A stretch of 30,828 nt of DNA from Candidatus Heimdallarchaeota archaeon (GCA_030668875.1 DAOVER010000033.1:1-30828), one strand, 5' to 3'. Shown: positions 1-9,800, counted from the first letter of the stretch. The notes: generated by a model from the letters alone, not told the origin. Made by a program: numbers and translations.

Positions 1-1141
1 AATAAAGTCGAATTCCAATATAATTTTCTGAGCAAGTGTTGTTAATAAACTGGGAATTTCCCGATTTTGTTATACCTATTCCATAGAATGCATTTTGATT
101 ACAGGTATTGTTAATCATTCTAGCTCCTGGACAAGATTCAAGATATATTCCATTATAAGTATTTGATAGTATTTGATTTTCAATAGACAGATTCTGGCAT
201 CTATAAAAAAATAGTTGTCCATAAACTGGTTGATTTATTTTCAAATTGTTTTGATCAGAGAAGACACCAAGATTTTTTCCATTTACAGTATTGTTGATAA
301 AAACTTCAGGTTCAGAGGAAAGAGATATCCCATCATGAATAAACGTGTTATTTATTATTACTTCATCACTGTTTTCATATAAATCTAATCCAATCGAGTT
401 ATTGGTAAATCTATTATTAATAATATTAGGATTTACAGAATTTTCTAAATGTAATCCTCTATTATTTTCTAGAAAAAAGTTTGATATTATGTTATTATTT
501 TTAGCTGCTACGATATACATGCCAAATACACAATTAATAAAGGAGTTATTAGAGATTGAAATGTTGTCTGAAGATCCATAAATACCAAAACCAGCATACC
601 CTTTTTCCCAGTTATATTCTAAGCTGTTATGCAAGGTATTATTTGAAATGATAGTCTCTTCTGATAAAGCAATTCCAATACCGTTAGAAAACTGAGTGAA
701 GGAATTATTTGTTATGAGAGTGTTTTTTGCATACATTAAACTAATTCCTGTTTTACCCCAGAATTCATTCGAATGTATCTTGGCTGTTCCAGCTTGAATT
801 TTAGAGATCTCTATCCCACTAGAACTATCAAAGAAGCAGTTTCGAATAACAAAATGTTTGGTAGTATTTTTAATTAAAACACCACAAGAAAAATCTCTAA
901 TCATAGTGAGATTTTCAATAACATACGGATTCGAATAAGAGCCATTACCTGCTAAATTGTAATAAGCAAAATCATCATCAGAATCAATACAAATGAAAGC
1001 AGAAGAACATACAGTAGGTATAAAAACACTATCATCTTTTATGATTGTAAAATAAACAGGAAGAAAAACTGATAGACAAATTAAAACAACACCAAGTATG
1101 AATAGTATAGTCTTCTTTGTGACTAATGTGGTTTCTGGCAC
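1..1141 (-). CDS. Right-handed parallel beta-helix (NosD/CASH-like) membrane-anchored protein, partial; 3' end runs off the left edge
   Basis: Absent from the ORF track. Manual translation from GTG at 1141 (GGAGGT motif at 1148-1153, in-frame TGA upstream) is open to base 2: MPETTLVTKKTILFILGVVLICLSVFLPVYF (TM)...GNGSYSNPYVIENL...TTKHFVIRNC...NTVNGKNLG...VYGQL...INNTCNQNAFYGI. Confidence 0.85.
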   Translation of the reverse strand, partial: MPETTLVTKKTILFILGVVLICLSVFLPVYFTIIKDDSVFIPTVCSSAFICIDSDDDFAYYNLAGNGSYSNPYVIENLTMIRDFSCGVLIKNTTKHFVIRNCFFDSSSGIEISKIQAGTAKIHSNEFWGKTGISLMYAKNTLITNNSFTQFSNGIGIALSEETIISNNTLHNSLEYNWEKGYAGFGIYGSSDNISISNNSFINCVFGMYIVAAKNNNIISNFFLENNRGLHLENSVNPNIINNRFTNNSIGLDLYENSDEVIINNTFIHDGISLSSEPEVFINNTVNGKNLGVFSDQNNLKINQPVYGQLFFYRCQNLSIENQILSNTYNGIYLESCPGARMINNTCNQNAFYGIGITKSGNSQFINNTCSENYIGIRLY

Positions 1142-1514
1142 CTCTTTACCTCCTCTTACCGTTTCTTGTATTCAGGTACAATTATTTTAGCTTTAGAATA
1201 TTAAATTATATAAGACATGCCTTTAGCGTGAAAAAGCTTGAAAAACCACTATTTGTTTTTCTATCATAATTTCATGGTTTGATACAATTTTCAGAACTTA
1301 TTTATAATAGCATAACTGAGTTACTATTTGCCTATCTTGTTTTATCAACAATCTAGAGGATATTGGCCTATCAACCAATTCTTGTTAATAAATTTAAAGA
1401 ACTTTGTTCTTCCTATTTTTTGATTTTGTGAGAATTAAGATAATTAGTCCGCGAAATATTATTGACACAATCATACTTATTGAGTAAAGTGAATATATTT
1501 TAGGAATTAAAATT

Positions 1515-1890
1515 ACGAAACCACCAGTTGAACCTTTTAAGATTAAAGTTGTTGAACCAGTCACCATTCCATCCTCACCTTGAACGAGAACTATGAATTG
1601 CTCAGACTTTAGCCAGTGCAATATGCGAGAGTTCAGCAGTCAGATCTATGGAAAGAGGTGCTGTTTCAAAAGGTAGAGATAAAGAAACAGGAGAGAATAT
1701 TTTCCCACCCTTAGAGCTTGTAAGACTTACAATACCAAGGAGAGTCTATACAAACACACATATGGAATATACTGCTAATTCAATAATCAATCTGTATGAA
1801 AAAAGAGATGCCATACCCGGATTAAAAATGGTCTATGAACCTCAGTATCTACTATTCTTTCAATCAAAATTTGAGCAAGTACCACTTTAA
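1515..1890 (+). pseudogene. tnaA: Tryptophanase / tyrosine phenol-lyase remnant with large internal deletion
   Basis: 1521-1571 reads PPVEPFKIKVVEPVTIP (family N-terminus EPFxIKxVEP), preceded by ACG-AAA (probable decayed ATG). A different frame from about 1567 reads FHPHLEREL*IAQTLASAICESSAVRSMERG...LELVRLTIPRRVYTNTHM...GLKMVYEPQYLLFFQSKF (family C-terminus). tnaA versus tpl cannot be resolved. Confidence 0.88.
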
Positions 1891-2083
1891 GATACTTTTC
1901 TCGATTTTTGTTTTTTCATGTTTTAGAGAACATATTATTTTTCTTGCTTTTCTCAAGACTTTCCTTATTACTATTACTGTTGATGTTGTTATTATTCTTA
2001 TTAAAAAATCTTTTTTCCTACAGAAAAGTTAAATTTACCAAAACATGTAATTAGATATAACTATCATCTATTTAGGTGAAATC

Positions 2084-4204
2084 ATGAAGATGCAATCAAT
2101 ACAATTTAAGTTTTTAATTAGAAGAATCTTATGTGTTTCAATTTTAATTATTGGAATAAGTACATTCTCTAGTATGAGAACAAATGCCACAACTGTTTCT
2201 TACGATCCGCTATCTAACTCTTCATTCACCACACATGATCCAATATCAATTACTTCTGATAGTGAGCTTGAGGTTTTTCCTGGATCCGGAACGGAAGAAG
2301 ATCCTTATGTTATTGATGGTTACAATATCACAACAAGTAATGATAGTGGTATCTATATTAGTGGTACAACGAAATATTTTGCTGTTCGTAACTGTTATGT
2401 TGACGCAGAAATCTATGGCATTTATATCGATGATGCAGCTGATGGAACAGTAACTGTTACCAACAACACTTGCAACACAGTCAACTATGGCATCTATCTT
2501 TACTCTTCTAGGAGTTCGACGGTGACAAACAACACGTGCAGATATAATAGCAACAGAGGCATCTATCTTCGATATTCTGATTATTCTACCATTGTCAATA
2601 ACACTTGTAGCAATAACAACTGGGGCATCTATTTTTCCTCTTCTAGTAGTTCTACAGTTACCAATAACACGTGCAGCACCAGCGACTACGGCATCTATCT
2701 TCGATATTCTGATTATTCTACCATTGTCAATAACACTTGCAACAATAACAACAGGGGCATCTATCTTTCCTCTTCTGGTAATTCTACAGTTACCAATAAT
2801 ACATGCAACAATAACAACTGGGACGGTATCGTACTCTACTCTTCTGGTAGTTCTACAATGACAAACAACACTTTTACTAATTGTGGTTTAAAGATAAGTG
2901 AAGATTCTATTGATGCTTACCTGTCAGATACTGTCGAGAGTAATTGGGTGAATGGGAAAAAACTAGGTTTTTACACTAACCTTGAATCTACGATAATTTC
3001 AGAACCAATTTATGGACAATTAATATTAGTCAATTGCACTAATGTAACGGTACGCGACCAAATAATAAATAATGCTACAACTGGTCTATATCTCTACTCC
3101 TGTACATATTCAATTATTGCCAACAACACGTGTAGTAATAATAACTGGGTCGGCATTTCTCTTTCCTCTTCTGGTAATTCAACTATTGCCAACAACACGT
3201 GCAGTGACAACTCTATGGATGGCATCTCTCTTTACTATTCTGGTAGTTCGATGGTGATAAACAACACGTGCATCAGCAATGGCGATGATGGCATTTCTCT
3301 CTCCTCTTCTAATAATTATACAATTACCAATAATATGTGTATAAACAGCGATTGCGGTATTTCTCTTTCCTCTTCTGATTATTCTACTATTTTCAATAAC
3401 ACATGCAACAATAATAACTGGTGCATCTATCTTTCCCATTCTGATAATTCAACTGTTGCTAAAAATACATGCAACAACAACATGGACGGCATCGAGCTTT
3501 ACTATTCTGATTTTTGTGTCGTTACTTACAATCTTCTACAAGAAAATGAAGATTATGGAGTCTACTCCCCGTCTAGTTCTAATAACAATCTTATTCACCA
3601 TAATAATTTTGTAAACAACAATATAGGTGGTACTTCACAAGCGTGTGATTATGGAACAAATAATACTTGGTATGATCTTACATACTTAGAAGGCAATTAC
3701 TGGTCAAACTGGCTTGGAACAGGCAATTACGCCATTGACGGTTCTGCTAGTGCTTTTGATTTCTATCCTCTAAATGAACATGCTGTATATGTTGTTCGTC
3801 CTGATATCTCAAACATTATTCATTCTCCCTCCTCTCCAACTGAACTCGATACTGTCAGTATCAATGCTACCGTTACTAGCTCTTATGGTGTACAATCTGT
3901 TACGCTTCATTACAGGGTTAATGGTGGAGCATGGACAGAAGTTAATATGACTCTTATAAGTGGTAATCTTTACAGCGTAATTATAGGTTCTTTTGCAGGT
4001 GGTGACATAATTGAGTACTATATTAGTGCTGTGGATAATTCTGTTAACCACAATATAGCAATCAATGACAATTCTGGTTTATATTACTCATTTACTGTTT
4101 TTGAGGTTATATCAGAGTTTCAAATGTTCTCTCTTCTCCTCCCCACGTTAACTTTTCTATTTTTGGTCTTTAGTTTAGTAGTGCAACAACGAAGAAAGAA
4201 ATAG
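2084..4204 (+). CDS. Secreted/surface right-handed beta-helix (NosD/CASH) repeat protein with C-terminal Ig-like domain and membrane anchor
   Basis: Signal peptide; about 22-aa repeats (GIYLxxSxxSTVxNNTCxxN); Ig-like region NIIHSPSSP...VTLHYRVNGG...IEYYISAVD; C-terminal SEF + hydrophobic helix + RRKK; AGGTGA at 2074-2079. Confidence 0.9.
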   Translation: MKMQSIQFKFLIRRILCVSILIIGISTFSSMRTNATTVSYDPLSNSSFTTHDPISITSDSELEVFPGSGTEEDPYVIDGYNITTSNDSGIYISGTTKYFAVRNCYVDAEIYGIYIDDAADGTVTVTNNTCNTVNYGIYLYSSRSSTVTNNTCRYNSNRGIYLRYSDYSTIVNNTCSNNNWGIYFSSSSSSTVTNNTCSTSDYGIYLRYSDYSTIVNNTCNNNNRGIYLSSSGNSTVTNNTCNNNNWDGIVLYSSGSSTMTNNTFTNCGLKISEDSIDAYLSDTVESNWVNGKKLGFYTNLESTIISEPIYGQLILVNCTNVTVRDQIINNATTGLYLYSCTYSIIANNTCSNNNWVGISLSSSGNSTIANNTCSDNSMDGISLYYSGSSMVINNTCISNGDDGISLSSSNNYTITNNMCINSDCGISLSSSDYSTIFNNTCNNNNWCIYLSHSDNSTVAKNTCNNNMDGIELYYSDFCVVTYNLLQENEDYGVYSPSSSNNNLIHHNNFVNNNIGGTSQACDYGTNNTWYDLTYLEGNYWSNWLGTGNYAIDGSASAFDFYPLNEHAVYVVRPDISNIIHSPSSPTELDTVSINATVTSSYGVQSVTLHYRVNGGAWTEVNMTLISGNLYSVIIGSFAGGDIIEYYISAVDNSVNHNIAINDNSGLYYSFTVFEVISEFQMFSLLLPTLTFLFLVFSLVVQQRRKK
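2558..2821 (+). repeat. Near-identical 132-bp tandem duplication (two 44-aa units) within the beta-helix gene
   Basis: ggcatctatcttcgatattctgattattctaccattgtcaataacacttg starts at 2558 and again at 2690; underlying 66-bp period. Confidence 0.9.
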
Positions 4205-4226
4205 TTTTTTATGAAAACAAATTTTC

Positions 4227-5183
4227 TTATTTATTAATCTTTTTTGATTTTTTATGAGCAATTATTGATATGAACTCGTAAACAATATTTGATGCTAAGA
4301 GAGCAGTTATTTCTGCTGGATCAAAGGATGGTAAAACCTCGACAACATCAAATCCAACATAATTTAGGTCTTTTAATTCCCTTATTAAATTCAATGCCTC
4401 CCCACTAGTAAATCCTCCTACTTCTGGAGTTCCTGTTCCTGGTGCATATGCTGGGTCAACAAAATCTATATCAAATGTAAAGAAAACTTTTGCATCTCCT
4501 ACTCTATTTTTTATTCTTTTTACTAACTCTACTAGACCTATTTTTCTTATTTCATCAGCTGTTATTACTTCATAGCCTAAATCCTTTGGAATTTTCAAAT
4601 GGTCCTTAGAATAGATAGAGCCTCTTAATCCAACTTGTATTGAATTGTTAACAAGTAACAGATTTTCTTCAACAGCTCTTTTAAATGGCGTTCCATGATT
4701 ATATGGTTTACCAAAATATTCGTCAATTGTGTCACTATGTGCATCAAAATGAACTAGTGCTACGGGCCCATGTTTTTTCTTTATTGCTCTTAGCTCTGGT
4801 AATGTTATTGCATGGTCTCCTCCAAGTAAAATTGGAATAACATCAGTTTCAACTATTGGTGAAAGCTCTTCCTCTATTCTCTTGTAAGTGTCTTCTATGT
4901 AACCTGGAACAACAGGTAAGTCCCCGTAATCAATACCTGAAACATAATCAAATGGACTTATGTTTAAGATAGGATTGTGGCCTCTCAATAGAGCAGATAC
5001 TTTTCTTATAGCCGCTGGACCTTCTCTTTGTCCTGTTCTAAATGACGCTCCTGCATCTGAAGGTACACCAATAATTACAAAATCGACTTCTTCAGTTGTT
5101 TTTAAGTGCGGTAAACGCATGAATGTTTTAATTCCTGAGAATCTTGGAGATTTAATTGGATCTGTTGGTTTATGATTATTCAT
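4227..5183 (-). CDS. speB: Agmatinase-family ureohydrolase (agmatinase/guanidinobutyrase-like)
   Basis: Motifs PRFSGIKTFMRLP, GGDHAIT, DAHSD, HGTPF, FDIDFVDPAYAPGTGTP. Substrate not certain. Confidence 0.85.
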   Translation of the reverse strand: MNNHKPTDPIKSPRFSGIKTFMRLPHLKTTEEVDFVIIGVPSDAGASFRTGQREGPAAIRKVSALLRGHNPILNISPFDYVSGIDYGDLPVVPGYIEDTYKRIEEELSPIVETDVIPILLGGDHAITLPELRAIKKKHGPVALVHFDAHSDTIDEYFGKPYNHGTPFKRAVEENLLLVNNSIQVGLRGSIYSKDHLKIPKDLGYEVITADEIRKIGLVELVKRIKNRVGDAKVFFTFDIDFVDPAYAPGTGTPEVGGFTSGEALNLIRELKDLNYVGFDVVEVLPSFDPAEITALLASNIVYEFISIIAHKKSKKINK

Positions 5184-5198
5184 TCTTATTTCACTGTA

Positions 5199-6560
5199 TT
5201 AGTATTTATAATTGAATCTTTTGCTTTTTCCACCATGGCTGTCAATGAATATTTTCTCGCCATCGGGTCCATCAACAAAATCTATTTTCTGTCCTGGAGA
5301 ACCAAATGGATATTCTTTTGAGAGTGTGAATTTTTTTCCTTCTTCATGTTTGTATATTTCAAAGATTTCAACTGGATCATCTGCAGCAGGGCTTATAGCA
5401 ACGAATTTATGCCCAATTTGACTGAATAGTGTTACTCCCCACTCTCCTGCAAAGAAACCTATTATGTCTTTGAAATCTGGAACCACTTCATTGGGCTTTG
5501 CTTTTAGTTCTTTCTTCTTTTTCTCTAGTTGACCTAAAATGTTCTTTATTCCATTGAATAAAGTTAACGCTGGACCATCAATAGCATTTGTAAGTACAAC
5601 TATGATTATTTTTTGCTCTTGAATCAACCCAGTTCTAGTTATAAATCCAGGATAACCTCCACCATGTCCAACAATCTTTACATCTGGTAAAGCAGTAATG
5701 CTAAATCCTAAACCCCAATCTGCTGTTTTAGCCTTGAATTGTATTCTCTGCATTTCTCGCTTAATATAATCAGGAAACAAGATATTATTCCCTAATATGT
5801 GAGCTCTATAGAATTTAATAAGGTCTTCAACTGTACTGCTCAATCCTGTTGCAGCATGCATTATTTTTGCAGGGACGTGCTCAATAATCTCCCTCTCTTC
5901 TTTGGGGAGTTTTCTTTTGTGACCAGTAGCGTGTTTAGCAAGATTTGTTTCATCAACGTCTAAAACAGTATTTTTCATTTCTAAGGGATCAAGAATTTCT
6001 TTCTGAATGTATTCTGAGTAACTTAGTCCTGATACAGCTTCTATAATTTGTCCTAAGAGTGTATAACCGAAGTTAGAGTATTTCAAAATCTCACTTGTCT
6101 CAAAGAAACTAATTCCCTCTTTTATTTGTGCTTTAATCTCTTCAATTCCAGGAAACTTGTGATTATACCAATGTGCTGTATTACCATCTCTTGACATGCC
6201 ACTTGAGTGAGTAAGTAAATGACGGATACGAACTTGTTCCATATTCCTATCCTTTTCTGAGGTAAACCAAGGGAGGTGTTTTGAAACTTTGTCATCGATT
6301 GATAATTTTTCTTCATGATAAAGTTTCATGATAGCTGTTGCTGTAAACAATTTAGAGTGAGAAGCAATTCTGAATAAATGTTGATCAGTTAATTTTGTTT
6401 TATCCTTTAGGTTATCATAACCATATTCTTTTTTGAAAATAATCTCATCTTCAACGAAAATACCAACCGCAACTCCAGGGATTTCTTTTATGTAAGTTTG
6501 ATAATCAAGCCAGTTATCAATTAAATGAAGGGCTTGTTTAAGCACGATTTTCTTTGGCAT
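5199..6560 (-). CDS. Beta-lactamase class C / D-aminopeptidase-like serine hydrolase, cytoplasmic
   Basis: FRIASHSKLF (SxxK), LLTHSSG, YSN, HGGG; no signal peptide. Confidence 0.88.
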   Translation of the reverse strand: MPKKIVLKQALHLIDNWLDYQTYIKEIPGVAVGIFVEDEIIFKKEYGYDNLKDKTKLTDQHLFRIASHSKLFTATAIMKLYHEEKLSIDDKVSKHLPWFTSEKDRNMEQVRIRHLLTHSSGMSRDGNTAHWYNHKFPGIEEIKAQIKEGISFFETSEILKYSNFGYTLLGQIIEAVSGLSYSEYIQKEILDPLEMKNTVLDVDETNLAKHATGHKRKLPKEEREIIEHVPAKIMHAATGLSSTVEDLIKFYRAHILGNNILFPDYIKREMQRIQFKAKTADWGLGFSITALPDVKIVGHGGGYPGFITRTGLIQEQKIIIVVLTNAIDGPALTLFNGIKNILGQLEKKKKELKAKPNEVVPDFKDIIGFFAGEWGVTLFSQIGHKFVAISPAADDPVEIFEIYKHEEGKKFTLSKEYPFGSPGQKIDFVDGPDGEKIFIDSHGGKSKRFNYKY

Positions 6561-6699
6561 ACATAAAAAATGCGCTGTGAATTAAAAACAATTACGATTC
6601 ATCAGAACAAAATTTACTCAAATTGTGAAAGAATTTCAAATAAATAAGTTTGGGATTTCAAGATACAAAAAATAGAATAAAAGAGTTTTCGCTCCTATT

Positions 6700-8079
6700 T
6701 CATCTCTTTCTTAGTAATCTTCTAGCTACCATTTCTAATGCTTGAGTAACCGGGTAGATTGCCTCATTAATTGCTGGTGCATAGCAAAGATCAGCTTCTA
6801 AGAGTTGCTTATATGTCATGTCTGCTTGAATAGCTATCGATATTATATTCAAATTATCTGTAACAAGCTTATAACCTATACCTTGAGCACCAATTATTTT
6901 TCCTGTTTCTTTAACAACTAAAACTTTGAAATAAATTTCCCTTGCGCTTGGCATAAAGTGGGGTAAATCAGTTGTTTTAATTTTAACTGCTAACACATTC
7001 CCTTCACCATATTTTTCTTCAGCTGTGACAATATTGTATCCAACAGATCCCACATGATAATCTGAGAAAGGTACAATGAAATTATTTAGTGTTCCAGGAA
7101 ACTCTAATTCTCCCGGTTTTGCTATTGTGTATGCTGCTATTCTTCCCATATGAACGGCGCATGTAGCCAACATTGATGAAAGTGGGTCCCCTCTGACTAG
7201 ATCAACTGTCTCAGTACAATCCCCTATACCTATAATGTCTGGATCCGAAGTTTGTAGATACTTATCAACTTTTAAACCACCAGTTACACCGATTTCCAAT
7301 CCTGCGTCCTTAGCTAATGTTGTTTCTGCTTTTACTCCGGCTGCAGCAAATACAAAATCTGTTTCCAGTTCCTCATCATTTGTTGTAATCACTTTGTATG
7401 CCATTCCGTTTTCATCTAGAACAACCTCTTTAACATTTTCACCAACTTTTATTGTTAAATGCTCTGGGAGTTTAGCAGATAAAAGATCAACAATGAGTTT
7501 ACTATAATCTGGATCGAAAGATTGTCTTAGAACTCTGGATCTTACAAATATTGTGACATCTAATCCTCTTTCAGCTAGCTCACATCCAACTTCAAGAGCA
7601 ATAGCTGATGCTCCTATAACAACAGCTTTCTTTGCTTTCTCAGCAGCTAAACGTATTTCTTCTGCTTCCTCTAACCATTTGAGTGCAAAGACGTTTTTGC
7701 CTTCTTTTACTCCTGGAATTGGAGGACTGGTATTATATGAACCTGTTGCAAGGATGATCTTATCATATTCTAATTCAAATCTTTCATCAGTATCTAGATT
7801 TCTAACTTGCACCTTTTTTGCTGTGCGGTCTATCTTTTCTACTAGATGTCTATGTAGATGTTTGATTTTCATTTTTTCGTATGGAATATGCTCTTTTATT
7901 GCTTCACTGTTACCTAAATCTTGGAACTTTCCTCCAATTACGTATGGGGTTGCACATGGATGATATAAATCAAAATCCTTTGTGTCTATATTGGTGATTT
8001 CTGCATTTCTGTCCCAAATTCGAAGAGTACCAGAAGCAGTCATACCACCGGGACCATGACCTATGATTATAACTTTCAT
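6700..8079 (-). CDS. FAD-dependent pyridine nucleotide-disulfide oxidoreductase (CoA-disulfide reductase / NADH oxidase family)
   Basis: GHGPGG FAD fold, single redox Cys in YHPCATPY, ILATGS, TSDPDIIGIGD, C-terminal YAPAIN. Confidence 0.9.
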   Translation of the reverse strand: MKVIIIGHGPGGMTASGTLRIWDRNAEITNIDTKDFDLYHPCATPYVIGGKFQDLGNSEAIKEHIPYEKMKIKHLHRHLVEKIDRTAKKVQVRNLDTDERFELEYDKIILATGSYNTSPPIPGVKEGKNVFALKWLEEAEEIRLAAEKAKKAVVIGASAIALEVGCELAERGLDVTIFVRSRVLRQSFDPDYSKLIVDLLSAKLPEHLTIKVGENVKEVVLDENGMAYKVITTNDEELETDFVFAAAGVKAETTLAKDAGLEIGVTGGLKVDKYLQTSDPDIIGIGDCTETVDLVRGDPLSSMLATCAVHMGRIAAYTIAKPGELEFPGTLNNFIVPFSDYHVGSVGYNIVTAEEKYGEGNVLAVKIKTTDLPHFMPSAREIYFKVLVVKETGKIIGAQGIGYKLVTDNLNIISIAIQADMTYKQLLEADLCYAPAINEAIYPVTQALEMVARRLLRKR

Positions 8080-8311
8080 GGACGAAGAAAAAGATTATCG
8101 ATTTATTAAAGTTACTAAAGTAATAGAAGAAAGATTCTTGCGATTTAACTTCCCTTTAAGAGTAAAACGCCTTGATTTTTTTCTTGTTTTGGATGATTAT
8201 TATTCAAAAATCAAAAAATAGTTCCTTTTTTCTATTTCGATAGGGTATTTCTTATATATACTTTGATTTAATAACTAAATAAGAATATAATATCCTTTAG
8301 TGTGATAACTT

Positions 8312-9700
8312 ATGAAAAGAAAATTAATAATTATACTTAGTGGAGCTGCATTAATTGTTCTTGCAACTACAATCCCTCTTGTAATAATATTTACTGGAGA
8401 AACTGACCCACCAACTATGACTAATCTAACACCCATTCAGTATGAAATAGTTTCAGGAGTAACTGAAATTTCCTTTGAGGCGACAGATACTGGTGAAAAT
8501 CCCTCGGGCATGGGTTCATATAAAATCTACATTAATGACGTTCTCGTCTCAAAAGAAAACACCTATGATTGGGATACTACTCAATACGAAGATGGTTCAG
8601 TTCATATCATCAGCTTTAAAGCTTACGATAAAAAAAGAAATGTAGCAGAAAGAGAAATTACTGTTACAGTAGATAACACAATTGACCCTGCTCCAACAGA
8701 TGTTTTCAAGGTTTTGAACTATAATATCTGGGAAAGTGGTAAAATGAGCGAATATCTGGATGTTATTATTGAAGAAAATCCTGATATAGCTGTTCTAGTG
8801 GAAACTGGGGGTCTAGATGATGCTAATAACAGTCGACTAATACAAATTTGTAACAGAGTTGGTGGTTACTACTATAAACAAGCACCTTTTGAAGGCAGAG
8901 CAGATCAACTTGGCGATACAAGTCATTCTGTAACTAATGGTGAAGCAATCATAAGTCGGTATCCAATCTTAGATTTCTTACAGATAGATACGTGGAGAAC
9001 AGATGCTGGTCCCAATGTAACACTTTATCGTGATTTCTTTGACGCTGTTATAGATATCAATGGTGTGGTAACTCATGTCATTGGTTATCATGGAAAATGT
9101 TGCTCGCCAACACCTTCTACTAATACTACAGAGATGAGAGAGACTGAAGCAGAACTAATGATTAATTATGTAGACGATTTAGGCGATGTTCCAGTTATTG
9201 TTTTAGGTGATTTTAACTCTCACTCTCCTGATGATGTGGGAGATTTAGCACCTATGGGGTGGCTTGGAGATGGACCGTTAAGGATGTGGCTTCGCCCAGA
9301 AGATCCAAGTTATGGACATCTTTCCTCTAAAGTACACAATTTTACAGATGTTTATAGAGAATTATATCCTACAGACCAAGGATTTACTTTTGGTTATTGG
9401 GAGCCACAATACTGGGGGAGAATAGATTTCATTTTAGTTAATGAGTTTTGGGCTGATCGGATGATTAATGCAACTGTTGGAGATACTCCTTCTGCAAATC
9501 TTGGTTCTGATCACTATTCAGTTGATGTCTTTCTCTCTTTAGATGAAGAATATTCTTACTTTAACGGCTCAACCATCCCTGTAACAAAGAACACCGTTCG
9601 AATTTTGAGAAAAAATACAGTTGATTGGGAAATCAACGAACTAGTAGAAAGTATAATTACCTTCAATGAAGAAATGATTGCTTTGTGTGAAAAATACTAA
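8312..9700 (+). CDS. Membrane-anchored endonuclease/exonuclease/phosphatase (EEP) family protein with Ig-like spacer
   Basis: N-terminal TM, Ig-like domain, then VLNYNIWE, VLVET, GDFNS, RIDFILV, SDHYSV motifs. Confidence 0.85.
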   Translation: MKRKLIIILSGAALIVLATTIPLVIIFTGETDPPTMTNLTPIQYEIVSGVTEISFEATDTGENPSGMGSYKIYINDVLVSKENTYDWDTTQYEDGSVHIISFKAYDKKRNVAEREITVTVDNTIDPAPTDVFKVLNYNIWESGKMSEYLDVIIEENPDIAVLVETGGLDDANNSRLIQICNRVGGYYYKQAPFEGRADQLGDTSHSVTNGEAIISRYPILDFLQIDTWRTDAGPNVTLYRDFFDAVIDINGVVTHVIGYHGKCCSPTPSTNTTEMRETEAELMINYVDDLGDVPVIVLGDFNSHSPDDVGDLAPMGWLGDGPLRMWLRPEDPSYGHLSSKVHNFTDVYRELYPTDQGFTFGYWEPQYWGRIDFILVNEFWADRMINATVGDTPSANLGSDHYSVDVFLSLDEEYSYFNGSTIPVTKNTVRILRKNTVDWEINELVESIITFNEEMIALCEKY

Positions 9701-9800
9701 ACTCGTTTTTTCTTTCCTTTTTATTTTTCAATCTGTCAAAGAGTAAAACTTTTGATTTAGGTATTTTTGTTCTTGATAAGTAATACAACGAGGTTATTTT

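Noticed and set aside
345-581. 78-aa plus-strand ORF
   Set aside because: Antisense shadow of the beta-helix gene on the minus strand.
1394-2032. ORFs 1394-1621 (-) and 1835-2032 (+)
   Set aside because: The first is antisense to the tnaA/tpl remnant. The second overlaps its end and runs through a T-rich terminator; no family signal.
2500-3500. Regularly spaced repeats as a possible CRISPR array
   Set aside because: In-frame coding repeats with homologous intervening sequence and no unique spacers; no cas genes.
2184-4051. Several alternative-frame ORFs with repetitive look inside the beta-helix gene
   Set aside because: By-products of the 66-bp repeat periodicity.
4227-5183. Ureohydrolase as the missing HutG for hutU
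   Set aside because: Motifs (PRFSG, HGTPF, APGTGTP) fit agmatinase/guanidinobutyrase better, and the gene is 4.6 kb away on the opposite strand.
8172-8214. 9-bp inverted repeat TTGATTTTT/AAAAATCAA in a divergent promoter region
   Set aside because: Low complexity and a long spacer; expected by chance in AT-rich DNA.
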